DNA from: an uncultured Chloroflexia bacterium
GTDB lineage: Bacteria > Chloroflexota > Limnocylindria > Limnocylindrales > CSP1-4
Reading direction: 5' to 3'
Length of the DNA stretch: 64,000 bases
Assembly (NCBI GenBank): GCA_963748625.1
Contig: CAVVJT010000007.1
Coordinates: forward strand, 416,001-480,000
Made by a program: the position numbers and the translations under genes. Numbering within the stretch: the stretch's first letter is position 1; each line of letters opens with the position of its first letter. The notes beneath the pieces were generated by a model that worked only from the letters and a program-made list of their open reading frames with translations, was not told the origin of the DNA and did no database searches. Below are positions 31,734 to 41,006 of this stretch, in pieces.

Positions 31734-32854
31734 AGACCGAGCTTCTCGCGCAGGCCACCGCCCTGTGCGACGTGCTCGCCGCCCTCCTTCGCGTACGCCT
31801 CGAGCAGCTCGCGCTGGCGCTTGGAGAGCTTGCTGGGCACGACCACGTTCGCGATCACGTGCAGGTCGCCCCGGACCGACTGGCGGCGCAGGTGCGGCAC
31901 GCCCTTGCCCTTGAGCTTGATCTCCGTGCCGGGCTGGGTGCCGGCCTTGATCTCGACCTCGACGTCCTCGCCGTCGACGGTGGGCACCGCGAGCTTCGTG
32001 CCCAGGGCCGCCTGGACGATGGACACATCCGCCTCGTAGTAGAGCTCGGTGCCCTCGCGGGTGAGGCTGGGGTGGTCGGCGACGTGCACCGCGACGTAGA
32101 GGCTCCCCGACGGCCCACCGCGCGGCCCGACCTCGCCCTCGTTCGTGAGGCGGATCTGGTGACCCTCGTCGATGCCGGCAGGGATCGTCACGCGCAGGCT
32201 GCGACGTCGCTCGCTGCGACCTTCCCCGCGACAGCTGTCACAGGGGTTCTCGATCATCTTGCCCTCGCCCTTGCAGCGCGGGCACGGGGCAACGTTGACC
32301 ATCTGGCCGAGCATCGTGTTGCGGACGCTCCGGACCTCGCCGCGCCCATTGCACTGGGTGCACTGGACGGGCGTGGAGCCCGCCTTCGCACCGGACCCGC
32401 CGCAGGTGTCGCAGCGGCCCAGGACCGGGAACTCGATCTCCTTCTCGGTGCCCAGGACGGCCTCGGCGAAGGAGATACGCAGGTCGTAGCGCAGGTCCGA
32501 CCCGGTGGCGGGACGGGCCCGGCGCTGGGCACCGGCCATGCCGCCCCCGAAGAAGGCGTCGAAGATGTCGGAGAACCCGCCGAACCCGGCCGCGCCGAAG
32601 GGGTCGCCGGCGTTGCCGCCCGCCCCACCGTTGACGCCGGCCTTGCCGAACATGTCGTAGCTCTGGCGGCGCTGGGGATCGGACAGGACCTGGTAGGCCT
32701 CGTTGACCTCCTTGAAGCGTGCGTCCGCCTCCGGCTCCTTGTTGACGTCCGGGTGCCACTGCTGGGCGAGGCGGCGGAAGGCGCGCTTGATGTCGGCGTC
32801 GGACGCACCGCGCTCGACGCCCAGCACTTCGTAGTAGTCGCGCTCGGCTGCCAT
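31730..32854 (-). CDS. dnaJ: Chaperone DnaJ
   Basis: J domain with HPD, G/F region, four CxxCxGxG repeats. Confidence 0.98.
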   Translation of the reverse strand: MAAERDYYEVLGVERGASDADIKRAFRRLAQQWHPDVNKEPEADARFKEVNEAYQVLSDPQRRQSYDMFGKAGVNGGAGGNAGDPFGAAGFGGFSDIFDAFFGGGMAGAQRRARPATGSDLRYDLRISFAEAVLGTEKEIEFPVLGRCDTCGGSGAKAGSTPVQCTQCNGRGEVRSVRNTMLGQMVNVAPCPRCKGEGKMIENPCDSCRGEGRSERRRSLRVTIPAGIDEGHQIRLTNEGEVGPRGGPSGSLYVAVHVADHPSLTREGTELYYEADVSIVQAALGTKLAVPTVDGEDVEVEIKAGTQPGTEIKLKGKGVPHLRRQSVRGDLHVIANVVVPSKLSKRQRELLEAYAKEGGEHVAQGGGLREKLGL

Positions 32855-32867
32855 GGGTGTGGTGAGT

Positions 32868-33650
32868 CTATCGGGTGCGCGGCGGCGCGCCCGCGTCGGG
32901 GCCCCGCACGCCGGCGATCGACGCCGCCCGCGCCATGACGGTCTCCATCATCGGGGCGGTCAGGCGGCCCGTGAACGTGTTCTGCTGGCTCGGGTGGTAG
33001 GTGCCCAGGAGCGTGTACGGCCCAACCTGCGCTTCGGCGCCGTGGGCGAACGCGGGCTTCGGCGCCGGGATCGCGTGGCCGATGGCCGCGAGCGCTCGCA
33101 GCGTGCTGTCCCAGCCGATGCCGCCCAGCGGGACGATCACCCGGAGGTTGGGGAGCAGCTGGAGCTCGCGCTCGAGATAGGGGCGGCAGACCGCCTGCTC
33201 CGCGGGCGTCGGCTTGTTGGCGGGCGGGGCGCAGCGGACCGCGGCGACCACGCGGGTGGCGTGGAGCTCCAGGCCATCGCCGGCACTGCGGCCGGTGGGC
33301 TGGCTGGCGAGGCCGACGGCATGGAGGACCTTCCAGAGGAAGTCGCCCGAGGCATCCCCGGTGAACACGCGGCCCGTGCGGTTGGCACCGTGGGCGGCCG
33401 GGGCAAGACCGACAAGGAGGATCCGGGCGCGCTCATCGCCGAAGCCGGGGACGGGGCGGGCCCAGTACGTCTCATCTCGGAAGCGCGCGACCTTGAGGCG
33501 GGCCTGGTCCTCACGCCACACGACGAGTCGCGCGCAGGCGGTGCAGGCGCTGATCGCCTCGCCGAGCGCGGTGAGGTCGCGGGCGGCGCGGGCGGCGCGG
33601 GCCGGCTGGTCGGCGGCGGGGGCATCGCCGACGTCGTTCGTGGTGGGCAT
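32868..33650 (-). CDS. udgB: Uracil-DNA glycosylase family 5 (UdgB)
   Basis: [54 protein letters not shown]. Confidence 0.92.
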   Translation of the reverse strand: MPTTNDVGDAPAADQPARAARAARDLTALGEAISACTACARLVVWREDQARLKVARFRDETYWARPVPGFGDERARILLVGLAPAAHGANRTGRVFTGDASGDFLWKVLHAVGLASQPTGRSAGDGLELHATRVVAAVRCAPPANKPTPAEQAVCRPYLERELQLLPNLRVIVPLGGIGWDSTLRALAAIGHAIPAPKPAFAHGAEAQVGPYTLLGTYHPSQQNTFTGRLTAPMMETVMARAASIAGVRGPDAGAPPRTR

Positions 33651-33707
33651 CGGCTCGATCGTAGCGAGGGTCAGCGTCCCGTGCCGCGGGTGGCGGCGCG
33701 GGGTGGC

Positions 33708-33837
33708 GCCGTGAGGGTGGCGCCGAGAGCCGCCGCGCGCCGTGAGGCGTGAGCCGCCGCGCGCCGCGAGGCGTGAGCCGCCGTGAGGCGTGAGCCGCCG
33801 CGCGCCGTGAGGCGTGAGCCGCCGCGCGCCGTGAGCC
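33708..33837. repeat. GC-rich tandem repeat, ~24 bp unit
   Basis: GCCGTGAGGCGTGAGCCGCCGCGC, about 4-5 imperfect copies, intergenic. Confidence 0.8.
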
Positions 33838-34011
33838 GTCGCACGAAGCAATCGATCGGGCGCCACCTGTCGCGCCGTTGCTGCTCGGGCACCTCCCCGG
33901 CATATTTCGGGCCGAGCAGGCGGCATTGCGCGCGGTGCCGTTGCTCCTCACGCACGACAGCGCCATCGGGGTCCCAATGTATTGCCGCGCAAGCACCGGC
34001 CACGCCCGGGG

Positions 34012-35359
34012 CTAGGACGAGGGGGCGCCTGCATCCCCGTTGGCGATCGATGAAGCATCGCCGCCCGTCTCTGGCGCAGGGGCCGTGGACATCGCGTGCG
34101 CCGCTGCGATCGCCCGCCGGCCGGCCGGCAGGCCCAGCGCCAGGCCCACCACCACGAACGTCGCGATGCCCGCCCCGACCAGGATCGTCTCGACCGGCAC
34201 GACATCGGCCAGCGGCCCGAACACCAGCATCCCGAACGGCATCGCCAGCGCCATCACGATCCCCACGAACCCGAACACGCGCCCCTGCATCTCGGGCTCC
34301 ACCGTCTCCTGGAGCAGCGTCATCGACGGCGTCGAGAAGAACGGGCACGGCGAGGCCGATCAGCAGCATCACCCCGAAGAAGATCCACAGCGATGGCGCC
34401 AGGCCAAGCGCGATCGACAGCCCGCCGAACACGAGCGACGAGCCAGCGATCAGGCCGATCCGGTTCCACCCCGACGCGATCGTCGCGATCAGCACGCCGC
34501 CCACCACCATGCCTACGCTGAATGACATCTCCAGGAGCGCGAGGTTCACCACGTTGCCCTGCTCGCCCGAGGGGAACGAGCGCACGAGCATCAGCGGCGT
34601 GAGGTTCGACGGCGCCACGGTGAGCACGAAGATGATGGCGAATACGACGAGCAGCCAGCGGACGAATGCATGGGTCGCGACGTAGCGGACGCCGGCGACC
34701 AGGTCCTCCACGTACCCGGCGGTCGCTCCAGCAGCCCGGATGCTGGCGACGGGGATCAGCGCGAGCATCCCGATCCCGGCGATGGCCGTGACGATGTCGA
34801 TGGCGAAGACGGGCACGAGCGCGGTCGGCGACCCCTCCGAGCCCGTGGCCGCGACCGCATAGATCGCACCCGCAACCGGTGGCCCGAGCAGGGCAAGCGC
34901 CGACTGCAGCGACCCGAGAATCCCGTTCACGCGCATCAGCTGGTCGGCGGGCGTGATCTGCGGGATCAGGGCGGACACGGCCGGTGTCTGGACGCCCGCG
35001 CCCGCCGACCGGATCGCCAGGGTCACGAAGATGATCCACGGCTCCGCGAAGCCCGCGAGCAGCACGAGCGCGAGCACCAGGGTGGACGCGGCGATCGCAG
35101 CATCGGCCCCCACGATCAGCCACTTGCGGTTCGTCCGGTCCGCCCAGACGCCGGCGAAGACCGACACCACGGCCTGCGGCAGGAAGCCGAAGACCGCGGC
35201 GAGGGTCATCGTCACGCCGGACTGGTAGGCGATCGCGAGGTACCAGAACACCGCGTACTGCACCAGCATCGACCCGAACAGGGTCACGGTCTGGCCGCCC
35301 AGGAACAGGGCGACGTGGCGGCGCCAGTGCGGGTGCGGGGTGGGCTGGCCGATCGTCAT
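34012..35359 (-). CDS. MFS transporter, DHA3/MefA-like efflux (one frameshift at ~34330)
   Basis: FLGGQTVTLFGSMLVQYAVFWY..AGVWADRTNRK..LQETVEPEMQGRVFG. Confidence 0.88.
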
Positions 35360-35364
35360 CGCGC

Positions 35365-36175
35365 CTACTTGAGCAGCATTCGGTCCAGCCGGCGACCCAC
35401 CACGGTCAGGCCCGCCAGGCCCATGACCGAGAGGTACAGCACGTGCCACAGGATGCCCGGGTCCACGTATCCCGTCGTGAGCTGGCGGATCATGTCGGTC
35501 CCCTGCCAGAGCGGCGTGAGGCGCACCACCACCTGGAGCCACTCCGGGTACCCGGTGATGGGGAAGAACGTCCCGCTGAACAGGAAGAGCGGCAGGACCA
35601 CGAGGTTGATCAGGTCGAAGTCCTGCCACGAGCGCATGAACGTGGTCGCGGCCATCCCGACCGCCGCGAACGCGAATGCCAGCAGGACCGCTGCCGGGAT
35701 GACGAACACCGCCCACGGCGACCACACCAGACCCATCACCAGGATCACGACCATGAACCCGGCGGCATACATCGCCGGCCCGGATGACCGCCCAGCCGAT
35801 CTCGCCCAGCGCCACGTCACCGGGCGCCAGGGGCGTCGCGAGGACGGCGTCGTACGTCTTCTGGTAGTTGAGCTTGAAGAACACGTTGAACGTGGATTCG
35901 GCGATGGCGCCGTTCATCGACGAGGACGCCAGCAGCGCGGGCGCGACAAACATCGAGTAGGGCATCGTCGTGCCGTCAGGAAGGGTGATGTCGCCCACCA
36001 TGCCGCCGATGCCCAGGCCGATCGCGAGCAGATAGAAGAGCGGCTCGAAGAACCCGGACAGGATCATCAGCCAGGCGCTGCGGTAGACGAGCACGTTGCG
36101 CTCGATCAGCAGGAGCGCCCGACGGCCGCCGAAACGGACCGGGAGCACGCGTGCGAGGGCGACGTAGCCGCTCAC
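35365..36175 (-). CDS. ABC-2 type permease (NodJ-like; frameshift at ~35780)
   Basis: SGFFEPLFYLLAIG..FVAPALLA..YDAVLATPL..PLFLFSGTFFPI..TPLWQG. Confidence 0.88.
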
Positions 36176-36176
36176 C

Positions 36177-37028
36177 TCACACCTCCAGCCGGCGCTTGAA
36201 CGCGCGGAAGGTGAGGCCGAGACCGGCCAGCGCGAACGCGGCGAGGATCACCAGGTGCGCGACCATCAGCAGCGGCTGCTCGGCGGCCGTTCCCAGCGCG
36301 AGCGCCCGGCCGAGATCCACGCCGTGCCAGAGGGGCAGGATCCAGGCGACCAGCTGCAGCGGCTCAGGCAGGGTGGAGATCGGGAAGAAGGTGCCCGAGA
36401 ACAGGAACAGCGGCGTGACACCGAAGCGCCAGATCGAGTTGAACGACGACGTGTCGCGCTGCGTGGACATGTACGCGGCGATCGGCCCGGCGAAGGCGAG
36501 CGCCGTCAACGTCCCCACCAGCACCGTGAGCGCAATGCCGGGTGTCGCGGCCGCCCCGAACAGCACGATCACCAGGGCGAAGATCGCGCCAACCAGCGTC
36601 GCACGAGTGGTGATCCAGGCCAGCTGCCCGAAGGCGATCGCGTACGGCGAGAGCGGCGTCGCGTACATCGCGTGGAAGCGGCGGATCCAGTGGAAGCCGG
36701 CCAGGATCGGGAACGTGGCCTCGAACACCGAACCCTGCATGACCGTGGACACCAGCAGCGCAGGCGCCAGCCACTGCAGGTAGGGCACGCCGCCCAGCGC
36801 CGCACCTCCGCCGCCCGCGTCCACGTACGAGCCAAGCCCGATGCCCATCGCCACGAGGAACAGCACCGGCTGCGCGAAGTTGCCGAAGATGGAACCGCGC
36901 CAGGTGCGCACGTAGAGCAGCCATGCGTGCTCGTAGGTCGCGCGGGCGCTCCGCCACGCCGAGGCCCGGGGCAGGATCACCTTCCCCGGCTCCGCGCCCG
37001 CTGCCCCCGGCAGCCCGATCGCGGCCAT
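36177..37028 (-). CDS. ABC-2 type permease (NodJ-like)
   Basis: QPVLFLVAMGIGLG..YLQWLAPALL..MYATPL..PLFLFSGTFFPI..PLWHGVDL. Confidence 0.9.
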   Translation of the reverse strand: MAAIGLPGAAGAEPGKVILPRASAWRSARATYEHAWLLYVRTWRGSIFGNFAQPVLFLVAMGIGLGSYVDAGGGGAALGGVPYLQWLAPALLVSTVMQGSVFEATFPILAGFHWIRRFHAMYATPLSPYAIAFGQLAWITTRATLVGAIFALVIVLFGAAATPGIALTVLVGTLTALAFAGPIAAYMSTQRDTSSFNSIWRFGVTPLFLFSGTFFPISTLPEPLQLVAWILPLWHGVDLGRALALGTAAEQPLLMVAHLVILAAFALAGLGLTFRAFKRRLEV

Positions 37029-37966
37029 CAGTCCACCAGGGTGCGGCCGGTGAGCCGCAGGAAGACGTCCTCCAGCGACGACCGCCGGACCAGCACCGTC
37101 ACCGGGACCAGGCCCCGCGCGTGCGCAGCGACGGCCACCGCCTCGCCGTCATCCGAGTACACGAGCACCCGGTCCGGCAGACGTTCCACGCGCTCGCCCA
37201 GGCCGTCGATCTCCGCGCCCAGCGTCTCCTGCGCCCCCACGGCGAACCGCATCTCGGTCACCTCGCGGGTGGACCACTCCTCGATCAGCGAGCGCGGCGA
37301 CCCCTCCGCAACGATCCGTGCCTTGTCCATCACCACGAGCCGGTCGCACAGCTGCTCCGCCTCGTCCATGTAGTGGGTCGTGAGGACCAGGGTCACGCCC
37401 TGCTGCTTGAGCCGGTACAGCCGCTCCCACAGCAGGTGGCGCGCCTGCGGGTCGAGGCCGGTGGTGGGCTCGTCGAGAAGCAGGATCGACGGCTCGTTGA
37501 TCAGGGCACGCGCGATGGTCAGGCGGCGCTTCATGCCGCCCGATAGCGGGTCCACCTTGTCGTTGGCACGCTCGGTGAGCTGGGCGAAGTCCAGCAGGCG
37601 GCGGCCGCGCTCGCGCGCCTCCGAACGGGACATGCCGAAGTAGCGCCCGTAGATCACGAGGTTGTCCAGCACCGACAGCTCCGTGTCGAGCGTGTCCTGC
37701 TGGGGGACCACGCCGAGGCGGCCCCGGATCTCGGCTCCGTGCGTGGCCGGGTCGTACCCCAGGATCCGCAGCGTGCCCTCGGTGACCGGCGACGTGCTCG
37801 CGATCATCCGCATCGTCGAGGTCTTGCCCGCACCGTTGGGACCCAGGAACCCGAAGCTCTCGCCGGGCGCCACGTCGAAGTCGACAGCGTCAACCGCGGT
37901 GAATGCGCCGAACCGCTTGGTCAGGGCGCGGGCATGAATGAGCGGGGCATCAGGACTCTGGGACAT
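37028..37966 (-). CDS. ABC transporter ATP-binding protein (NodI/DrrA-like)
   Basis: GPNGAGKTS, LSGGMKRRL, LLDEPTTGLD, TTHYMDEAE. Confidence 0.93.
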   Translation of the reverse strand: MSQSPDAPLIHARALTKRFGAFTAVDAVDFDVAPGESFGFLGPNGAGKTSTMRMIASTSPVTEGTLRILGYDPATHGAEIRGRLGVVPQQDTLDTELSVLDNLVIYGRYFGMSRSEARERGRRLLDFAQLTERANDKVDPLSGGMKRRLTIARALINEPSILLLDEPTTGLDPQARHLLWERLYRLKQQGVTLVLTTHYMDEAEQLCDRLVVMDKARIVAEGSPRSLIEEWSTREVTEMRFAVGAQETLGAEIDGLGERVERLPDRVLVYSDDGEAVAVAAHARGLVPVTVLVRRSSLEDVFLRLTGRTLVD

Positions 37967-38003
37967 GGGACCGCGATGGTACCCCGCGGCGCGGCGGCCT
38001 CTG

Positions 38004-38447
38004 TCACAGCAACCGCTCCGGAACCTCGCAGACGTCAATGGCTCGCACGCCACGGGCTCGCGCCACGGCAAGTTGGGCCTTGTCCGCCGACACCAGTGTT
38101 GCTGACGCAGCCTCCGCCGCGAGGACGTACGCGACATCGGGTACGCGCAGCCCAGCAGTGAGGGCGAGGTCGTACGCAGCGACCGCGAACATGTGCGGGT
38201 CCGACTCGGGGATCGCCACCCTCGAGAGGGCCCCGAGGATGGCACGTGCCGCGGGCTCACCGATCCTGTTCAGGCGCACGGCGACGACCAGGGCCGCGGC
38301 CACCTCGAGCAGGAAGTTCGGTGGACCGACGGCTTCCACGGCCCGTTCGGCGAGCGCATTGGCAACGCGTACCGCACCTTCACGGTCACGCTCGTCGGGC
38401 AGGGCCCACCGCAGCACGACGCTCGCGTCGATGACGATGTCCGTCAC
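38004..38447 (-). CDS. vapC: PIN-domain VapC toxin
   Basis: IVIDASVVLRW..LEVAAAL..VPDVAYVLAA..LVSADKAQ. Confidence 0.82.
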   Translation of the reverse strand: MTDIVIDASVVLRWALPDERDREGAVRVANALAERAVEAVGPPNFLLEVAAALVVAVRLNRIGEPAARAILGALSRVAIPESDPHMFAVAAYDLALTAGLRVPDVAYVLAAEAASATLVSADKAQLAVARARGVRAIDVCEVPERLL

Positions 38448-38886
38448 TCGGATTCCCCCGAGAAGGCGGCAGGAACTGCAGGAGGCGGGCACCGAACGCA
38501 TCCCGGACCTCGTTGAGGATGGCATCCGCCGTGTCGTGCGGTCCGCTCGGCGGCTGCCCGAGCTTGCTCAACTCCAGGATCTCGGCGATCGCCTCACGCC
38601 GTCGCTCGAGCATCCGGTCCCAGGTGTCCGGCCAGTGCTCCCGGTTCCAGCGCCTGACCCGATCCTCACCTGCGTCTGGCGCGGTGCCGTACGGCGCAAC
38701 CACCTCGCGCGCCCCCGTGGATGTTTCAGGCTCCGCCACCTCGAGCGCTGACGCCGGGACCCGCACCGCCCCGCCGATCCGCACCGCGGGCAACGTCCCG
38801 TCCGCGATCCGCCGCCGCACCGTGCGCAGGCTGATCCCGAGGCGTTCCGCCACCTCGGCCGCCGTCAGGTAGCGCGTCTCGTCCAT
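38386..38886 (-). CDS. Excisionase/BldC-like HTH protein, putative antitoxin
   Basis: YLTAAEVAERLGISLRTVRRRIADGTLPAVRIGGAVRVP (HTH_17/Xis) plus a helical C-terminal extension. The 3' end may be shifted. Confidence 0.8.
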   Translation of the reverse strand: MDETRYLTAAEVAERLGISLRTVRRRIADGTLPAVRIGGAVRVPASALEVAEPETSTGAREVVAPYGTAPDAGEDRVRRWNREHWPDTWDRMLERRREAIAEILELSKLGQPPSGPHDTADAILNEVRDAFGARLLQFLPPSRGNPSDGHRHRRERRAAVGPARRA

Positions 38887-38893
38887 GACAAGG

Positions 38894-38941
38894 ACCATGC
38901 CATGAGTGCCGTCCGATGTCAAATGATGTCAGGTGATGCCA
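38894..38941 (-). promoter_or_regulatory. Promoter with three 10-bp-spaced direct repeats (putative autoregulatory operator)
   Basis: Minus strand TTGACA(38922-38917)-N17-CATGGT with extended TG. GATGTCA/GATGTCA/GATGCCA at 38915, 38925, 38935. Confidence 0.6.
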
Positions 38942-40215
38942 TTCACGTCCTGATGAGGCACGTTGTCGCCCGCGTGGACGATGTTGTCGAACTGCCGCCA
39001 GAGCACGATCACCAGCACCGCGGACCCCACGAACCCGAACCAGAATGGCGCCGTGATCCCCCAGGTCGCCGCCAGCCAGCCGCCGATCGGCGCGCCGATC
39101 ACCATCCCCAGCATCACCCCCACGTGGTAGACGCCCGTGACCCGGCCCAGCAACTCGTCGGGGACCGCGCGCTGGCGGACCGCCGTGGACGTCGTTCCCC
39201 AGATGAACGCATGCGCCCCGAACACCACGAACATCGCCAGCACCACCGCCGCCTGCGTCGTGAGCGCCAGCACCAGGTGCGTGATCGTCTCGATCACCAG
39301 GCCGACGCGCATGATGTCGGCCAGCGAGAACCGTCGCTCCAGGCGCCCGTACGACGCCGTGCCGACAAGCCCGCCGATCGCCATCGCCGTCGTCAGCAGC
39401 CCGAAGCCGACAGCGCTCATGCCCAGCCGCTCCTGGGCGTAGAGCACGAGCACCGCCCAGGCCGCGCCGAACGTGATGTTGAAGGCGACGATCGTGAGCG
39501 CGAGCGTGCGCATCGGGGGGTGGTGCAGCAGCCAGCGGAGACCCTCGGCGATGTCGGCGCGGATGCTCGTGCGCTCCCGGGCGGCCTCGCCGGGCGCGGG
39601 CTCCACGCTCTCGCGATACGTGAGGCGCGCCACGAGGACGGCACCCAGGAGGAACCCCGCCGAATCGGCCACGAACGGGATCGCCATGCCCAGTGCGAAC
39701 AGCGCCGCCCCGATCGGGGGTGCGATCAGCTGGTTGGTCAGCAGCACCGAACCCTGCAGACGGGCGTTCGCGATGCCCAGGTCCTCGCGCCGGACGAGCC
39801 GCGGCAGCAGGGAGCCCGAGCCCACGTCGGCGAACGTCTCGGCCGTTCCCAGCGCAAACAATGCCGCCAGCACCACGGCGATTGACACCGCGTCGGCGAG
39901 GATCGTCGCGGCCAGCACGCCAAGGACCACCGCCCGCACCACGTTCACGATCGCGATCAGCCGGCGCCGGTCGATCCGGTCCGCAAGCGCGCCCGCGTAG
40001 AACCCGAACAGCAGCACCGGCAGGTTCTGGGCGAGGGCCGCCATCGACACGAGCAGCGGGTCGCGTGTCTGCGACGCCACCAGCAGCGGCCCGGCAGCCA
40101 GCGCGATGCCGTCCCCGACGTTGGTGATGACCGATGAGGCCAGGAGCAGCCGGAAGCTCCGGCCCAGCCGGGCAGGGGCGATCGTCTCGGCGGCGCGCGC
40201 GAGCGGGTTCGGCAT
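38929..40215 (-). CDS. MFS transporter (DHA3/EntS-like)
   Basis: FRLLLASSVITNVGDG..GALADRIDRRRL..RQRAVPDELLGRV, about 12 TM segments. Confidence 0.9.
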   Translation of the reverse strand: MPNPLARAAETIAPARLGRSFRLLLASSVITNVGDGIALAAGPLLVASQTRDPLLVSMAALAQNLPVLLFGFYAGALADRIDRRRLIAIVNVVRAVVLGVLAATILADAVSIAVVLAALFALGTAETFADVGSGSLLPRLVRREDLGIANARLQGSVLLTNQLIAPPIGAALFALGMAIPFVADSAGFLLGAVLVARLTYRESVEPAPGEAARERTSIRADIAEGLRWLLHHPPMRTLALTIVAFNITFGAAWAVLVLYAQERLGMSAVGFGLLTTAMAIGGLVGTASYGRLERRFSLADIMRVGLVIETITHLVLALTTQAAVVLAMFVVFGAHAFIWGTTSTAVRQRAVPDELLGRVTGVYHVGVMLGMVIGAPIGGWLAATWGITAPFWFGFVGSAVLVIVLWRQFDNIVHAGDNVPHQDVNGIT

Positions 40216-40259
40216 GGGCGGGGAATCCTACTCCCCGGCGCCAGGGGTCTGGCGCGACC

Positions 40260-41006
40260 CTATCGGACGGGGACGGTGCCCTCATGGAGCGTGACGATGC
40301 CGCCGGTCAGCCCCTGCCAGCGGACGTCCACCAGGCCCGCCTCGCCCATGATCTCGGCGATCCGCTCGGGCGACGGATAGGCCTGGACGCTCCGGACGAG
40401 GTAGCTGTAGGCGCCGCCCTGCCCTGCCAGCCTCCCGATGACCGGGACGATGCGATCGAACCACCAGCGCATGAACCGTGCGAGCCGGCTGCGCGGGCGG
40501 GCGATCTCGAGACACAGCACCTTGCCGCCCGGACGCACGGACCGGGTCATCTCCTCGAAGCCGCGCCGGTAGTCGGGCAGGTTGCGCATGCCGAAGGCAA
40601 TCGTCGCGGCGTCGAAGGAGGCGTCGCCGGTGGGCAGGTTCAGCGCGTCGCCGACGACGTACGACAGGCCCGCCCGCGAGGCGTAGCGCTCGACCGCCAC
40701 CGCCGTCATCCCCGGCGACAGGTCGACGCCCTGCACGCGACCACCCGGCTGCACCCGTGCCCACAGGTCCGCGGCCACCTTGCCCGTGCCGGACGCCACG
40801 TCGAGCGCCGCCATCCCGGGACGCAGCGCGGCCCTCGTCACGAGGAGGCGGCGCCAGCGCGGCTCCTGGAACGCGGAGATCAGCAGGTTCATCAGGTCAT
40901 AGCGGCGGGAGATCCGGTCGAACATGACCTGGACCTCGGGCTGGGCCGCGGCGTTGCCATCGCCGGTGGAGGCCCCGGACGGCGTGTGATCGGGCGACAG
41001 GGTCAT
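40260..41006 (-). CDS. menG: Demethylmenaquinone methyltransferase
   Basis: MFDRISRRYDLMN..LDVASGTG..AFGMRN..AYSYLVRSV..LTGGIV. Confidence 0.93.
   Translation of the reverse strand: MTLSPDHTPSGASTGDGNAAAQPEVQVMFDRISRRYDLMNLLISAFQEPRWRRLLVTRAALRPGMAALDVASGTGKVAADLWARVQPGGRVQGVDLSPGMTAVAVERYASRAGLSYVVGDALNLPTGDASFDAATIAFGMRNLPDYRRGFEEMTRSVRPGGKVLCLEIARPRSRLARFMRWWFDRIVPVIGRLAGQGGAYSYLVRSVQAYPSPERIAEIMGEAGLVDVRWQGLTGGIVTLHEGTVPVR

Noticed and set aside
33708-33837. Possible CRISPR or iteron array
   Set aside because: Low-complexity GC-rich tandem repeat with no spacers and no rep gene.
33671-36175. 834 aa ABC permease-MFS fusion
   Set aside because: Produced by frameshifts. The permease has its own stop at 35365 in another frame and the MFS has its own ATG at 35359.
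35365-37966. Nodulation genes nodIJ
   Set aside because: This ABC-2 exporter family is widespread and no nod biosynthetic genes are present.
38386-38886. Prophage/ICE excisionase marking a mobile element
   Set aside because: No integrase, att site or phage genes nearby. Context with a PIN gene favours a TA module.
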